A DNA stretch of 64,000 bases. It comes from the human T2T-CHM13v2.0 reference genome, Homo sapiens. The notes beneath the pieces are model-generated. The model was not told the origin of the DNA. It saw only the letters and a program-made list of their open reading frames with translations, and did not search any database. Each line of letters starts with the position of its first letter. Position 1 is the first letter of the stretch. The DNA lies in the NCBI RefSeq assembly GCF_009914755.1, contig NC_060926.1, one strand, 5' to 3'. Position numbers and translations under genes: made by a program. Shown in pieces: positions 29,518 through 44,748 of this stretch.

Positions 29518-32500
29518 CTGGTATGGGATGGGAAGTGGGAGAGGAGAGAGAGGAAACCAGAGAAAAGTTACTTATCTACATTTTACAACTCAGATCTTTT
29601 TACCTCAAAATCAGAAAAGGTCAAGATATTTATGCTTTGGTTACTAACACCAATACTCAGGCAAGTTTCTTGGAAGAAAAAAAAAACGTTAGCTTGAAAC
29701 AAAACATATTAAAACAAAACATGAACCAGCTCCAACTTGCAGAGGACAACTATTCCAGGGACCTGAGGGAGTGATCTTTTAAGTGCCAAACTTCTAAACT
29801 TAACTATTTTGAAGTAAAATCCTCACAGAACCACTGGTGCTCTCCTGCATGGCTGGATCATCTTTCCCGTACCCCACATAACCGCTGGGCGGCTGAACCA
29901 GAAGAAGGGTTGTTGTGCTGGGCTCTGACCTACAACAGAATGTGGACCTCGGGGTCTCTGCAGCGCTTATGGTGACCAAGAGCTACCGTCTTCAAGAATT
30001 CTCCGTCTATTTTGCAGTTACTTTGTTCTTCTTGCTGTTAGCCTGTAAAAGTCCTTCAGTCCTTTCTAATCCACTGGGGATCTAGAAACCAGGTCATGAA
30101 ATCGCAGGATTGAAAGGAACCTTCAAAGGCTGTCTGGGGAGGACCAAGAACTCTGTGAAGTAGGAGGGTGAGTCACCTTGCCTTAGGGGACTCTGGAGAT
30201 GGGAGGCTGGCGACCACATGTGCTCCTCAACCATGAAAAGGTGGAACTGCTGACAGGAGTGAGGCATGTGTCTAAAATGGGAAAAGCAATGACAGTAACA
30301 GGAACACCCCACTCAACTGGAGAAGACTACTCGTACCGTGACAATAATCTTGCCCTTACGACACATGGGTCCGGAGCTGAGAAGGCGGTTCATGGCAATG
30401 GGGGAGCATCCAGTAGACTGGATTAAAGGGTCTCGCCTTTCCAGCAGAGGATGTGGACTGGTGGTATTTCTGGATTCTAATCTTGGTCATGAGTTTTTTA
30501 AAAACTCTAAATACAGGGCTTGAGTCACACAGGGAACCTGCCACAAACCAGAGACACTATGGGGCCCCAGATGCACCAGACACACAGATGTACCCCAAGA
30601 CTGAAGGGGAAAGCTGGGACAAACTGATCAAGAGTATTCCATTTAAAAGCATCACCAAAATTCTAGTTTGCAAGTTTTAAAGATTAAAGTAAGAAAATTT
30701 CTCCAAAGTGTCAGATTAGCACATTCACAACTCGGCAAGAGCTCCTTGAGATTCCAAGTGTCTGTCCAGTCTGGGAGCAAAACAGGGCAGGGCACTCCAG
30801 GCTAAGGTGCCCCAACAGGTGTCCAGTGACACTTGCCTCTGGTCTCCCGCATCCACCCTCCGCCCTCCCACGCTTGCTTGCTGACTCTCACCTGGCATGG
30901 TCTCTCACTCAAGGTTGTCCCGGGCTCCAATGTCACTTCTTAAACCCAGACACCCACCCCCTTATCAAGCTAGGTTCTGGGCAAGTCTCTAGTGCCCAGT
31001 GACAGCCACACTAGAAGTCTGCAAAATGCAGTTCCGTCCATGTCAGCCCGCACCGACTCTCCAGCACGGAGCTGTGATGAGCCAATCCCCACTGTGCACC
31101 CAGTGTCAGTCTCTTCTGAGACCACTCACACACCCTTCAGAAGCCAAGTCCAGCCGGACCCTATACTGAAAGGAGTCTCAACATAAGGGAACCTACTCCT
31201 GTGTCTGAGGGAGACCCTGGAGCAGAGCCTCTCATGTTCCTCAGGCGTGCACAGACCCTCAGGCAGCCAGGTAAGGCAGAAGGCAGACCTCCAGAAAACT
31301 CCAGACTGGTTTGACAGGCTATACTGGGTCCCTAGCCTCCAGATTCCAAGTGGCAGTTTGTCAGAGCGTGTAACGAATGGTTCACAACTAGAGACACATT
31401 TAACATCTAGGGTTCTGGTATCATCAAACAACATTTTGTTTTTCTTCTAAACAACTCAAAAACCTGTTTTCGAAGACTGCGTTTTAAGCAAGCATTTGAT
31501 GACCCACATGTAAATGCAGACCCTGTCCCCACCTGAAATTCTGGGTGAGATTTTCTTAAAAGTCAGTCTCATTCTCCTTCTGTGCTCCCAATCCAGTGAG
31601 GCACAGCCCAGGGGTCCACCTGCCTCTGGTTCAACAAAGCAGCACCTAAGAAGCTGACCCTACAGCCCCATGTCCACCCCGCACTGCTACGCCCTGCTCC
31701 TGGCTCTGCCTTCACAGACAACACCCACGAGGGTTTAATCCTGTTCCATGTGGATCTTTCAGCAACCCCAGGACAGCGCCAGGCAACTCCACTTGCTATC
31801 TGAAGTTCCCAGGATACCTTGGGCAGGCCTAGATACCCAAGAACAGAGGCTAACATCGGGTATCTCAGATTCTCACTGGATCTAACAGTACTGTCCAAAT
31901 CAGGATTGAAAGGAACCTCAGATATTAATCTAATCCCATTTCTTAATACCACCAGGGACAGGAAATTCGTGGCCTTCTCAGGGCCCGGGTCCACCCCTGC
32001 ATGGCTGTAAACGCTCCACCTCAAGTTATGACAAAATCTACAACTTCTTTCCCCTTTCTGGCCATGGAGAACAAGTCCGCTCTCCTCCAAGGCTCCTTCT
32101 GGTAGGTGAGCCCTATCTCCTGTCTCCTTCAGTCCCTCCCATATGGCCCCAGTCCCTTCGTGATTCTGGCTCTCCCAACTACTTTTCCCATAGGAAGCTC
32201 GGATCAATCAGTGTCCAGGTCCACCTAATGTAAACCTCAAACTATACTGAACCTGGACTTTTAATTTTGTTTCCCAGAGTGCAAACATCCAAAGCAAAAA
32301 AGGTCACATCTCAGAATTTAACTTTCAGCAAACAGAACTAGAACTAAAGGAAGGAGGGCAGGAACCAAGACCCCTTTCCGCCCTAATACGTGTAGAGCAA
32401 AACGTGGAGTCCTGACAGAGCTGTGTGTTGCGTGGGAAACCTGGTGCTTACAAGTTTAGCACAAGTCTAACAGGTTTCTGACAGCAACAAAAAAGGCTTC

Positions 32501-33736
32501 ACATGAGGGGTTCTACTTTTTTGCTTTTAAACGAGGAAGTAATTAAGTTGATTCCCTTGTGATAAGTTTTGCCAACTACATATTCAAGGGGCAACAGTCT
32601 TCGAAGAGAATTATCAGTAATACTCCAGGAAGAATTTCATTTCAGCCTCAGTTAATGAGACCCGCAAGTGCTTTAAAGCACCAGACAGGACCGGGTATGG
32701 AGGGCACCAAAAAAGCCTCCGGCTGAAACCCAGACTTCTCCTCTTCCAAAACTAAAATTACTCAAGACCACAAACCAAAGTTCAGAATGGGAAAATAAAA
32801 TCCTGATCCACTCAGAGATCACAAGATCGAAATCTAGGAGAGACCACAGGCGACTGGCGAGCAGAAGGCAGGCTCCGCTCCGCACTTCTCACCAAGTTCT
32901 GGAAGTCGGCACCCATCCTGCATGGAGGAACTTTCGCAGATGCCACCTCAGCACGGCCCTCCCACAGGCCACGAGGGCCCGCGGGCGGGGACAGGCTTAA
33001 AGGGACAGCAACCCCTCGGCCTCCCCGCCTTTCATCCAAATTCGGTACTTTTCCGTAATGTATTTTTCATCCACGACCCTGGGGCACGTCCAAGTTGCAC
33101 TCCAGGCCCAAGAAAAGCAGCTTTCCCCACCCCCGAACACGTAGACTGACGCGGGCCCCGCGCGGCAGGTGGAGGTGCTGCGGGGGCCCCGCCGCCCGGT
33201 CTGCGCCCAGACCCCCGCCCCGCCGCCACCTGGGGGGAAGGACCCCGCTGGCCTCCCAGGGACCCCCACCCTGGCCGCACACGGCGCCCCCGCCGGAGCG
33301 GGGGAGGGGAGGGCCGGCCCCGCCAACGTCAGCGACCTGGGCTCAGGTCGGCCGCCCCTCCGCGCCGTGCGGCCACGGCACCAGGGGTGCCCCACCGAAG
33401 CCCCGGGAGGAGGCGGGGGAGCCCAGCTTGCAGCCAAGAGCGGCCCAGCGGCGCCACCGGACTTGAGAAAGTTTGTGCGCGCCCCTCCGCGCCACGGCCA
33501 CGCGCAGAAGAGACTCGGAGCCGGCCCCAGGTCTGGCCCGGAACCGCCACGCGCGGTAAGCAGGACACCCGCGGGCGGGGGCCGCAGCCTGGGCCCCGGG
33601 TGGGGGCCGCGGCACCCGGGCCCCTCCCCCTCCGCGGCCTCCACGTCAGCAGCCACCCCCCACCCCCCCGCCCGGCAGCCCGCCCGCCCCGTCCGCCCGC
33701 CCGCCCAGGCCTCCCGGCCCCGTGTTGCGCGCTCAC

Positions 33737-33812
33737 TCGTGGGCCCCCGCCCGCTGGTCCTGCCGCTGGCTTACTCGCCCCCCGCGCGGGAGAAGCCGGG
33801 ACGCTCCGAGGC
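33737..33812 (-). other. HDLBP: Alternative first exon of HDLBP from the internal promoter (donor cacga|gtgagc at 33737; second donor ggcga|gtaagc at 33775)
   Basis: Starts about 25-30 nt downstream of TATATAG in the CpG island; two good 5' splice sites; TSS inferred, not observed. Confidence 0.7.
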
Positions 33813-33833
33813 GCGGCGCCCGGGCCCCGGCTG

Positions 33834-33874
33834 CTATATAGGGCGGCGGCCCAATCCCGCCTGGACACGTCAGC
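33834..33874 (-). promoter_or_regulatory. Core promoter: TATA-like box (33835-33841), CCAAT (33851-33855), bZIP ACGT element (33865-33874)
   Basis: Plus strand: ctatatagggcggcggcccaatcccgcctggacacgtcagc. Confidence 0.75.
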
Positions 33875-34849
33875 GCCCGCCCGCCCCGCCGCTGGGGTCC
33901 CCGCCGCCCCGGGCCGCCCAGCACCCGGGAGGCCCACCCAACTGCAGGCGTGGTTCTGCATCCTTTTTTCGGGTGGGGAAGGCGGTGCCGAGGAGTTGGG
34001 AAATTAATCACCTCCAGAAAGCAGAGGGAGCGCGCCCCGCAAGAACCCGAGTGGAAACAACCGAAGACCAGAAAGGGAGCAGGAAGGACGGCTGCTCTGG
34101 AAGCAGATGTCACCAGTACCGCCCACCTCCCCAAAATCAGAAGAAAAACCTCAAAGGATGCCCACCACATCGTAAACGGATGGCCACACTGGCACGAGGT
34201 CCTACAGCGCAGTGAGGCTCCCAGGCGGCTCCGGGGCTTTCATTCCCTCATTCCTGCGTGCCTATTCCTTATGTCCCTCACTTTTATAAACTATCCCCAC
34301 CCGATTCCTTGGCAATCAACTTAATCTCCCCCCCAAAATGTAAAATCCCCTTCCTTTAAAGCGTGTATTACTTATGGCTCCATCTCTACATAGATGTATA
34401 CACGCAAAAGAACCGGTGTGTGGCCTCTGAGCCCACGGTGGATACGCAGGACTGGGCGGAACGGAATCCCTACTCTCGGGGTCTCCACCCTCCGGGAAGG
34501 ACTTGTCACTTCTGCATCCATTGTGTTTACTAAGTGATAACTGCCACTGTTTCTTTTAAGGGTATAAAGGGAGTCGAGCAATCTGTAGAGATGTCAGTCT
34601 GAACCTCTGGCAAAGTCGCAGGTCAACAGAATCCTGCATAGGGCACAGGATCAACTACAGGTATCTGGGGACAAGACCGTCCCACACAGGGGAAGAGGTA
34701 GGGGCACACCCAGCCTTACCCAGGGAATGGGGTCAGGTCCGCACAGCCTGCAGCCAGGCCACGGGTGCTGTTGAGGATGGTGGGAGCTGGGTGGGGGCTG
34801 CAAGCAGCAGAAGGCAGGATCAGACGTGTTTTTTTTTTTTTCGTGGAAC

Positions 34850-35310
34850 ACTGACACTAAGTGGCAGGGGAGGGGAGGGCAGGGGAGGCCTACTATAGTT
34901 CAGTCTAAAGATGACAATGGCTTGCATTATGGTGGGCATAATGGAGGAAATAAATGGCCAGATTTGGTATATATTCAGAAAGAAGCACCAAGAAGTTCCT
35001 TATTGACCAGAAGAGGGGTGTAAAAGAAGTTAAGAAAGACACAGGTTCTTGGCCTGAGTGACTGGGAAGAGCTGCCCTCACTGAGGTGGGTAAAATTCAA
35101 GGAAGACTGGATGGATAAGGGGGTGTGATGCCCTGACTGGGCAGGTGGGGAAGTGGAGCAGGCAACTGTATGTGCAAGGTCAGGGGAAAAGCCTAGGAGC
35201 CAGCAGAAATACCATGCACTTCATGACACCACCTAGGGAGGGGAGCAGAATCACAGAAGGCAGAGAACACCTGCGGCTTGACGCAGAGAAGGAGCCAAGG
35301 ATATCATCAG
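34850..35310. mobile_element. L2-like remnant
   Basis: aggttcttggcctgagtgactggg and purine-rich degenerate L2-like text. Confidence 0.45.
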
Positions 35311-38300
35311 CAAAGCCGTGCTCTAAGTCAGCAGCACGGAACTGGGCAGGTGGGCCTCCCTAGATGTGGAAATAGGCATTCCCTTCTGTGTCACTGCTGT
35401 GGTTTGTTGGTAACCTTTCCGTGGGGATTAACCAATCAGCAACTAGTGCAAGTGTGTTTTTTGTTGCTGTTTTGTTTTTGAGGGCTCAGCACTGCAGAGG
35501 GAGATGGAGAAAGAGTAACGGGTAGGGATTCGGTCCGCTGTCAAGGAACTTCCAATAAAGCTAGGAAGTCAGCACAGGCACAGTACCTAGTACACAGGAC
35601 ACCGTAAAGAGTTAGTTTAAAAAACACTGTTAGCAGAAGAGATTACAAAATCATATGCTAACTTTGTGCTAATAACCGTCCAGAATGCTTCTGTGCTGAT
35701 GCTCACAACCAGCATTTCCTCCCAGCAGGCTTAGCACACTGAAACTAATAAATAGTTCGTAGAAGCAAATTTTAGAAATTCCATGGCTAGCAATATTCAG
35801 ACCAAATGAAGTGTGAACGTCTGTCTGTGACATTTGAGTTTTCAGCCCTCAAAGGGACGGGGGAGAAGTTTGGGTCTGCTCAAGGTAGGAGGTGAGAAGA
35901 GATACCCTCCTATTCCATAAAGTCATGATCCCCAAAAGGGCTACACTTACCAGAAGATAGGTAGATCAAAAAAAGAAGAAGAAAAGCCCACTAGTGTAGA
36001 GGGGACTACAGGATGCCTTCTCTGACTATCCTGAGCTGGCAGACAGAAGCATCTCTTGAGCTGTAGGGACAATGGACTAGTACTCTACAACCAAGCCCAT
36101 TTGTCCAGGAACCCCTAGCCCAAACTGAGATATTAACAAAACAGAAAGCAATTCCCCCCCACCCCGCCTCAGGAAAGAATAAACCTCATACCAGGCTAAA
36201 AAGGATACCCACAGATCAGCACAAATGGTAGAGAGGCTAAAAGCCCAAAGCTCAAAAAGAAGGAAGGATGGATTAGAAGTAGGATTAGACTCAAGAACTT
36301 CGGGAGACAGAACTAAGATTGAGACAATAAAAAAGCATAAGAGACATAAAGGTGACATTTTAGAAAAAAAATCGAGAGATGGAACGAATGAAAGAGCTAA
36401 GAACCATGGAATGAGAAACTCTAACATATGTCTATAACTGGAGTTCCAAAACAAAAAAGAAAAGAAAAAATCCAAAGAACAGAGAAGAAACATTTTTTAA
36501 AATAGCTGAGAAAATTCTAAGATTTAATGATACAACATTCTTCCCTCATCCCAAAAAAGACAGAGAAGGTGTCTAGCAGGATAATTTAAACTAATCCAAA
36601 TCAAAACACACTACAGAGTAACCTCAGAGCACCAAAGACAAGAGCAGGACCTTAAAAGCAACTAGAGAGAAAAGACAGGTTACTCATAAAGAATACTATG
36701 AGACCAAAGGCAGACCACTTAAAACAATACATACCAGAGGATAATGGCTATATATAAATTATGGCGAAAGAAATAACTGTCAATTTGGATTTAAGAATTC
36801 TTTTTCATTTAAGAATGAGAATAGACATATTCAAAGATAAAGCAACTACTACCAATAGATCCCTGCTGACAGACCTACTAAAGGACATATTTCAGCAAGA
36901 AAATGAAAGCCAGAGAGACCAGAAAGAAGGAATACTGATAAACCAGCAACCTAGATAAAGTGAAACAAGTGGTGACCCTATACTAATATCAACAATAAAA
37001 TTTGAAGGGAATTAAATTATAGATAGGTACGTAAGCAGAATATGCAAGTACAAAATAAAATAAAAGACAGAATTAAAATGCTTAGGCAGCAATAATATAT
37101 AAGGTGGAAGGGGGATATGAAGTTGCAAGGTTTCAAGATTCTTATTATTTGGGGAGAGGCTAGAGATACTAATTTTAGCCCTTGTTGAGAATGAATGTTA
37201 AAAATTTAAAGACAATCTAGGAAAAACAAAGAGTTTTTAACATTCAAACTAAACTCTTACTCAAATGGAAGTTATTGGCAATGTTCTAGATCTTGGATTA
37301 GGTGGTAGGTTCAGCGGTATTCATTACGATGTACATTATTACTGGTTACATTATACTGTATTAATAATTGTTAAAGAAAAGAGAGAAAACAAGAAAAAAG
37401 AATAGGAGGCAAGAAAAGTAAAAGAAGCAATGAAAAAGCAAGGTAAATAAAACACAAAACTGATGAGAGGAATGAATTCAAACCCATCAGTAATCTAAAT
37501 ACGTGTTAACAGACTAAACTGACCAACTCTAACAGCAGCTATAGGCCATTCAACAGTCCTAAACCATACAGACATATAGGCTGAAATAAAGAGATGGAAG
37601 AAGTACTCCGAGCAAATACTAACCATATGAAAGTTGGTTATATTATTTTCAGATAACACAGACTGTAGGATAAAAATCATTATTAAGAACAGAGAAGGTC
37701 AAGAACTTAAAAATTCAGTAACTCTGATTACATGTATCTAATAACATAGCTGCAAAACATATAAAGTAAAAACTGAAGGTTACTAGGAGAAATTGATATA
37801 TCCAAGGTTAAAGGGTGAGACTGACCCAACTCTCTTGGTAACACAGGTTATGGGATTGGAAAATGTATAGAGGATGCAAACACAATTAATAAATCTACTT
37901 TATTGAACACATGATTAAAAGTGACACCTTTTTAAAAAACCATAAAACCTGGCCAGGAGCTAAAAAAAAAAAAAAAATTAAACAAATAGTAAAGAATTAA
38001 ATCATAGTAACATTCTCAGACCACCACTCAATTAGAACTCAACTTAAAAATTTAAAGACTATATAAGTTTTAAAACTTGCTTCTAAGTAACTCATGGAAC
38101 AAGGAAGAAATCTGAAAACATTTAAAACTAAGCCATTAAGCAATTATATATCCCACCTTGTGGAATGAAACAAGATTGTTGCTTAAAGCCTTGTAACTTT
38201 AAGCCATCCTATTAGTGAAGAGGAAAAAAATAAAATAAGCTAATCATCCACTACTGAAACTAGAACAAAAAACACCAGAATAAACAAAAGAAAGGTAGAA

Positions 38301-38654
38301 GGAAATAAAGATAAGATATTAATGAACTAAAAGACATATACCACAAAGGATAAACAAAACCTACATCCAAATTTTTTAAAAGACAAGTTCAATCTCTGGC
38401 AAAAATGATTCCTGAAAAAAGGACAGTATAAGTAGGCAATATTAAGAATTAAAAGGGGGTCAAAAACTACAGCTAAAATGGAGACTTTGAAAAATCATGT
38501 AAGAATTCTATTGAGAAGAGTAGTGTCAAAAACTCGAAAACAGATGAAATGGGCAAATTCTAGAAAAATAAGTTACCCAAACTGAGTTAGAAATATAGTT
38601 TCAATAACCAACCTTCCCCAATCTTCAAAGAAACAAATATAAAACTTACAACAA

Positions 38655-38965
<311 letters not shown>

Positions 38966-39058
38966 ATAATACAACAAAAAGGCGGGTCTCCAAATGCTTT
39001 TGTAAGGAAGCTTTCAGAGATTATCTCCCACACAAAGCTAGGGGGCTTGGACTCATCA

Positions 39059-39586
<528 letters not shown>

Positions 39587-39839
39587 TCAACTAATTAACC
39601 CATTCCTAATAGCAACTAGGAATATAAGCCAGGGCAGTATGGCAAGAAAAGAAAGTTACCAGAATTGAAAATGAACCAAAACTGCCAGTATTCACAGACA
39701 ATATAACTGTGCTGGAAGAAAATCCAGGAGGATGTATGGACACACTATTAGAACTAATTAAAAAGTTCAGTAAGTTTTCTGGAAATAAAACCAATACACA
39801 CAATCAATTATGTTTCCAAAACACCAGCAACAAACTATT

Positions 39840-40000
39840 AAAAATAAATCTAAGCCGGGTGTGGTGATGCATGCCTGTAGTCCCAGCTACTTGGGGGGCT
39901 GAGACACGAGAATCGCTTGAACCCAGGAGGCGGATGCTGCAGTGAACCAAGATCACGCCACTGCACTGCCGCGTGAGCAACAGCGTGAGACTCTGTCCCC
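39840..40000 (+). mobile_element. Alu right monomer
   Basis: agccgggtgtggtg...gagactctgtc. Confidence 0.8.
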
Positions 40001-42046
40001 TCTCCACCCCTCTAAAAAAATTTTTTAAAATCTAATAAGAAAAAAAATGTGATTTATAGAACTTATAAAAACCTTTGTCAAAATACAGAAATGACCTTAA
40101 TAAATGGAGACAGGCCATGGTCATCTAAAGAAAGACTTAATCATGGATAGTAATTCTCCCCTAATTAGACTAGAAATTCAATGCAAATGTAACTTAAATC
40201 CCAAAAGGTATGTGTGTGTATGGAATTTTACAACCAGATTTTATACAATTTTTATTTATACAAGTTTTCTATATGTAATTTTTATAATGTTGCATTGCAA
40301 ACACTGAATTGTAAAAAAAATTATTTATATACACCATTTTTAGAATAGTTACAAATACAATCATATTTACACAACAAAATTTATACAAAAGATCAAGGAC
40401 CAAGAACAGCTAATATAACTCTGAAGAAAACAACGTGGAGGAGGGCTTGCTCTCTCCAGTGTCAGTAATTCAGACTGTGGTGCTAGTGCCGGGGACAGAC
40501 ACAGAGAACAAGGGAGCAGCAGAGTGGGCCCAACGCAGACACCACAGACACTGACATTGCCTGCCTCAGATGTGGTCGTGTGGATCAGCAGGGAGATGGA
40601 TGATGCAATCAATGGCTCTGGGAAAACTGGTTATCTACAGTAGGAGGGAAAAACTAGGTCCTTATTTGACACCATTTGCAAGGCCTATTAAGGCTTAAGA
40701 AGCAAATACTCCACGAGCGAACGATCCCACTTCTGGAGACGTACTTCAGGAAAAAGCTTTCCTGGGCAAAAGGAAATATGTACAAGAATGCTCATCTCAC
40801 TGCACTGCTAGTAATAGTCAACAAATTTTTAAGAACCTAGTTGTCAGTGGATAACATGGATAAACAGAGGTATACAATTTATGCAGCCTACTCCTCTCTT
40901 TGCTTTAACTTATCACCTGACAGGAACCCGCTGCAGTGGAGCCATGCTGAAGGGGTTAGGAGGAGCAGCGGACCAGGGGTCATCTCCAAGGCTGTGGGAG
41001 CAGAGATGTGGAGGACAGGCGCCCACCACTTCCTTGGCAGCAGTGCAGTCTTATAGGAAGTTATTGGCACCATGGGATGGGAGCTAAGTTTAGCACAATT
41101 TGCACTCCCATACTGAGTGTGGTGGTCAAAGTCAGGTCAAAGAAATGTTTCCATCCCATTTGAAAGCTGAAAATTTAAAATTATATGTGGCTCATATTAC
41201 ATTTTTATTAGCACAAACTAATTTTATAATTAAGCTTATTTATACTCAGTTTAATTTGACTTGTAGCATATTCTAATAAGGAACAACTTTTCTTTGGCTC
41301 ACATGTATTTACTGCTAATATATATTACAGTATATATTATTACATTAAACTCCCAGCCCTAAAATAAAGTCTCACGAAAGTTCAGATGAGACAGAAACAA
41401 AGACCTTGCAGTCCAGGGTTTCCTGTAAATTTGCCTTGTTCTTTCTCCACTAACTAATTCTGTCAGTTTCACTACTTTTCAGGAAGTAACAGAAAAGGTA
41501 ACTTAGTATATTCTCCAGTGACACTGTTCTCTGGCTTATTTCTTTGATTCACGTATTTCTAGGTAAGGTGAAAATACGTAACTTGTGTTTTATCCGAGTC
41601 ATTATAGGCACCTATAATGAGAACAAATTGTATAAAGAACACCAAACTTGTTGCCAGGATACCTGCTTTCAGAATCTTGCTCAGATATAATTTGGGTCAC
41701 CTTGGCTAGTTGTTTAAGCTCTCAACTTTAATAATTCACATTTCTAAGTTTTGGGGCCTTTTCTGCAAGTTGTTAAAAAGATCAAGGAAAATGGTATCTA
41801 AAAGAACCTGCCCTTTAATAGGTATCTCACTGTTTGGGAATGCTAACATTTAATTCCACTAAACCACTAAACTCACTACTTTCCACTAAATTAATACATT
41901 TAGTGGAGTATGCCACTACATTAATTTTACAAATACAGAAACAATCAGCACATATTTCTACAGCTGAGTAAAGAATAATATTTACTTAGAGCCTAATTAA
42001 AGAACATGTGTCAGATAAATACAATTTATTTTCTTAATAAGATGGG

Positions 42047-42524
<478 letters not shown>

Positions 42525-42577
42525 TTAGGTCCAAAAGAATAAATTGATGGATTTTCATAGAAATAGACTACTCTTTT

Positions 42578-42875
42578 GAGCTGTGCTGGCCAACATCTAC
42601 TGGCCACATGTCACTACAGCCTTCACACGTGGCTAGTTTAAAATGATATGTGCTGTAAGTCTAAAATATACATCAGATTTTGAAGATTTAGTACAAGAAA
42701 TACTATCTAAAACATTTTATTATTAGTTTTAGGATGGATTACATGTAAAATGGTAGTATCTTACATTGGGTGAAACAGTATTATTAAAATTAACTTCACT
42801 TGTTTATTTTTATATTTTTAAGGCAGATGTTGGAAAATTTTAAATATATGTGGCTCATATTGGACAGCAGTGCTA
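42578..42875. mobile_element. MER33-like hAT-Charlie element
   Basis: ggccacatgt...gtgctgtaagt..aaaatatacatcagattttgaagatttagtac...tgtggctcatattggacagcagtg. Confidence 0.7.
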
Positions 42876-44440
42876 CAGTGTCTGTATTTTCAAACCAAAG
42901 CTAAACTATAAACTGACAAGGGAGTTTTTCTCATTAGTAAACTTTATATAACAATCTTAAGGAAAAAATATTTTATTACAAATCTTTTGTGTTTAATGAA
43001 TAAATTTACATTAGGGGAAAAGAGTATAAAATGCGTCTTCTTCTCAATCATGAAAGCATCTCCTCTACCACAAACACAAACATGGCACACGTGGCAGGCT
43101 CAAACATTTCTGGGGAAAAGAGGAGCACATTACGTTTACAGTATTTCCTAAAGGACTCTTTAATAACCCATTTTTAAAAAATGGGCAAAAGATACAAGCA
43201 GGCCTTTCATGGAAATGCAGGAAACATTTATTCAATTTGTATTTTAAAATGCAAGTGAAAAGTAGAATAAGATTCTACATTTCACCTCAGTTTGGCAAAA
43301 ATAAAATCTGAAGACTCAAAAAAAAGTGTGGGAAAACAGGTGTGGCTGGAGGAATAATTGGTGTGGTCTCTTTGGAGAGCGTACATATTTGATTGTGGAC
43401 TGAGATTTAAAACATCAATATTCTTTGATCTAACACTTCCTACTTCTAAGAATTTCTCACACATGTGCCCAAAGATAGAGGCACACTTCAGCTTACAGTG
43501 CTTCTCTTACTTGGGTTTTTTAGACATTGTGTTTATTATAGGCTGAAGGTTTTGGCAACTCTGCAGGTCTTTCCATGCCTCTTTTCCAACAGCACATTTT
43601 GGTAATTCTAGCAATATTTCAAACGTTTTCATTGTCATTGTATCTGTTATGGTGATCTGTAATCCTTGATGTTACTACTGTAATTGTTTTGGAGTGCCAC
43701 AAACCACGCTCATACAAGGCAGAGAACTTAATCAATCAATGCTGTGTGTGTTCTGACTGCTCCAACTGGCCACTCCCATCTCTCTCCCTCTCCTCATGCC
43801 GCCCGATCCCTAGACACAATATTGAGGGGAAACCAATTAATAACCCAACAATTGCTTCTAAGTGTTCAAGTGAAAGGAAGAGCTGCACGTCTCTCATATT
43901 AAATCAAAAGCTAGAAATGATTAAGAAGGCACGTGAAGAAGAGTTGTTAAAAGCTAAGACACGCCAAAAGCTAGGCCTCTTGCACCAAATAGCCAAGCTG
44001 TGAATGCAAAGAAAAAAGGCTGAAGGAAAAGTGCTACTCCAGTGAACACACAAATGGTAAGAGAGCGAAACAGCCTTATCGCTGATAAGGAGAAAGTTTG
44101 AGTGGTCTGGCTAGAAGATTAAACCAGTCTCAAAATTCCCTTAAACCAAAGCCTAATCCAGAGCAAGGCCCTAACTCTCTTTAATTCCATGAAGGCTGAG
44201 AGAGGTGAGGAAGCTGCAGGAAAAAATGTCTCAAGCTAGCAGAGGTTGGTTCTTGAAGTTTAAGATCTCTCTAACATGAAAGTGCACGGTGAAGCAGCAA
44301 GTGCTGATGTAGAAGCTGCAGTGAGTTATGAAGATTTAGCTAAGGTCACTGATGAAAGTAGCTGCACTAAACAGATTTTCAGTGTAAATGAGACAGCCTC
44401 ATAGTGCAAGAAGATGCCATCTAAGGACTTTGATAGCTAG

Positions 44441-44748
<308 letters not shown>

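Larger units (their letters stand above)
32850..34130. promoter_or_regulatory. CpG island / internal HDLBP promoter
   Basis: Very GC-rich, dense CpG, many GGGCGG/CCGCCC boxes, sharp contrast with CpG-poor flanks. Confidence 0.92.

Noticed and set aside
31569-32207. 212-aa minus-strand intronic ORF
   Set aside because: No recognisable homology, non-ATG start, no supporting splice structure.
32997-34215. Long overlapping ORFs (348, 219, 210, 206 aa) in the CpG island
   Set aside because: Pro/Arg/Gly/Ala low-complexity products expected from stop-poor GC-rich DNA; open in several frames on both strands; no domain.
43689-44003. ORF with transposase-like N-terminus
   Set aside because: Decayed Tigger1 transposase with stops, frameshifts and Alu insertions; not an intact domesticated gene.
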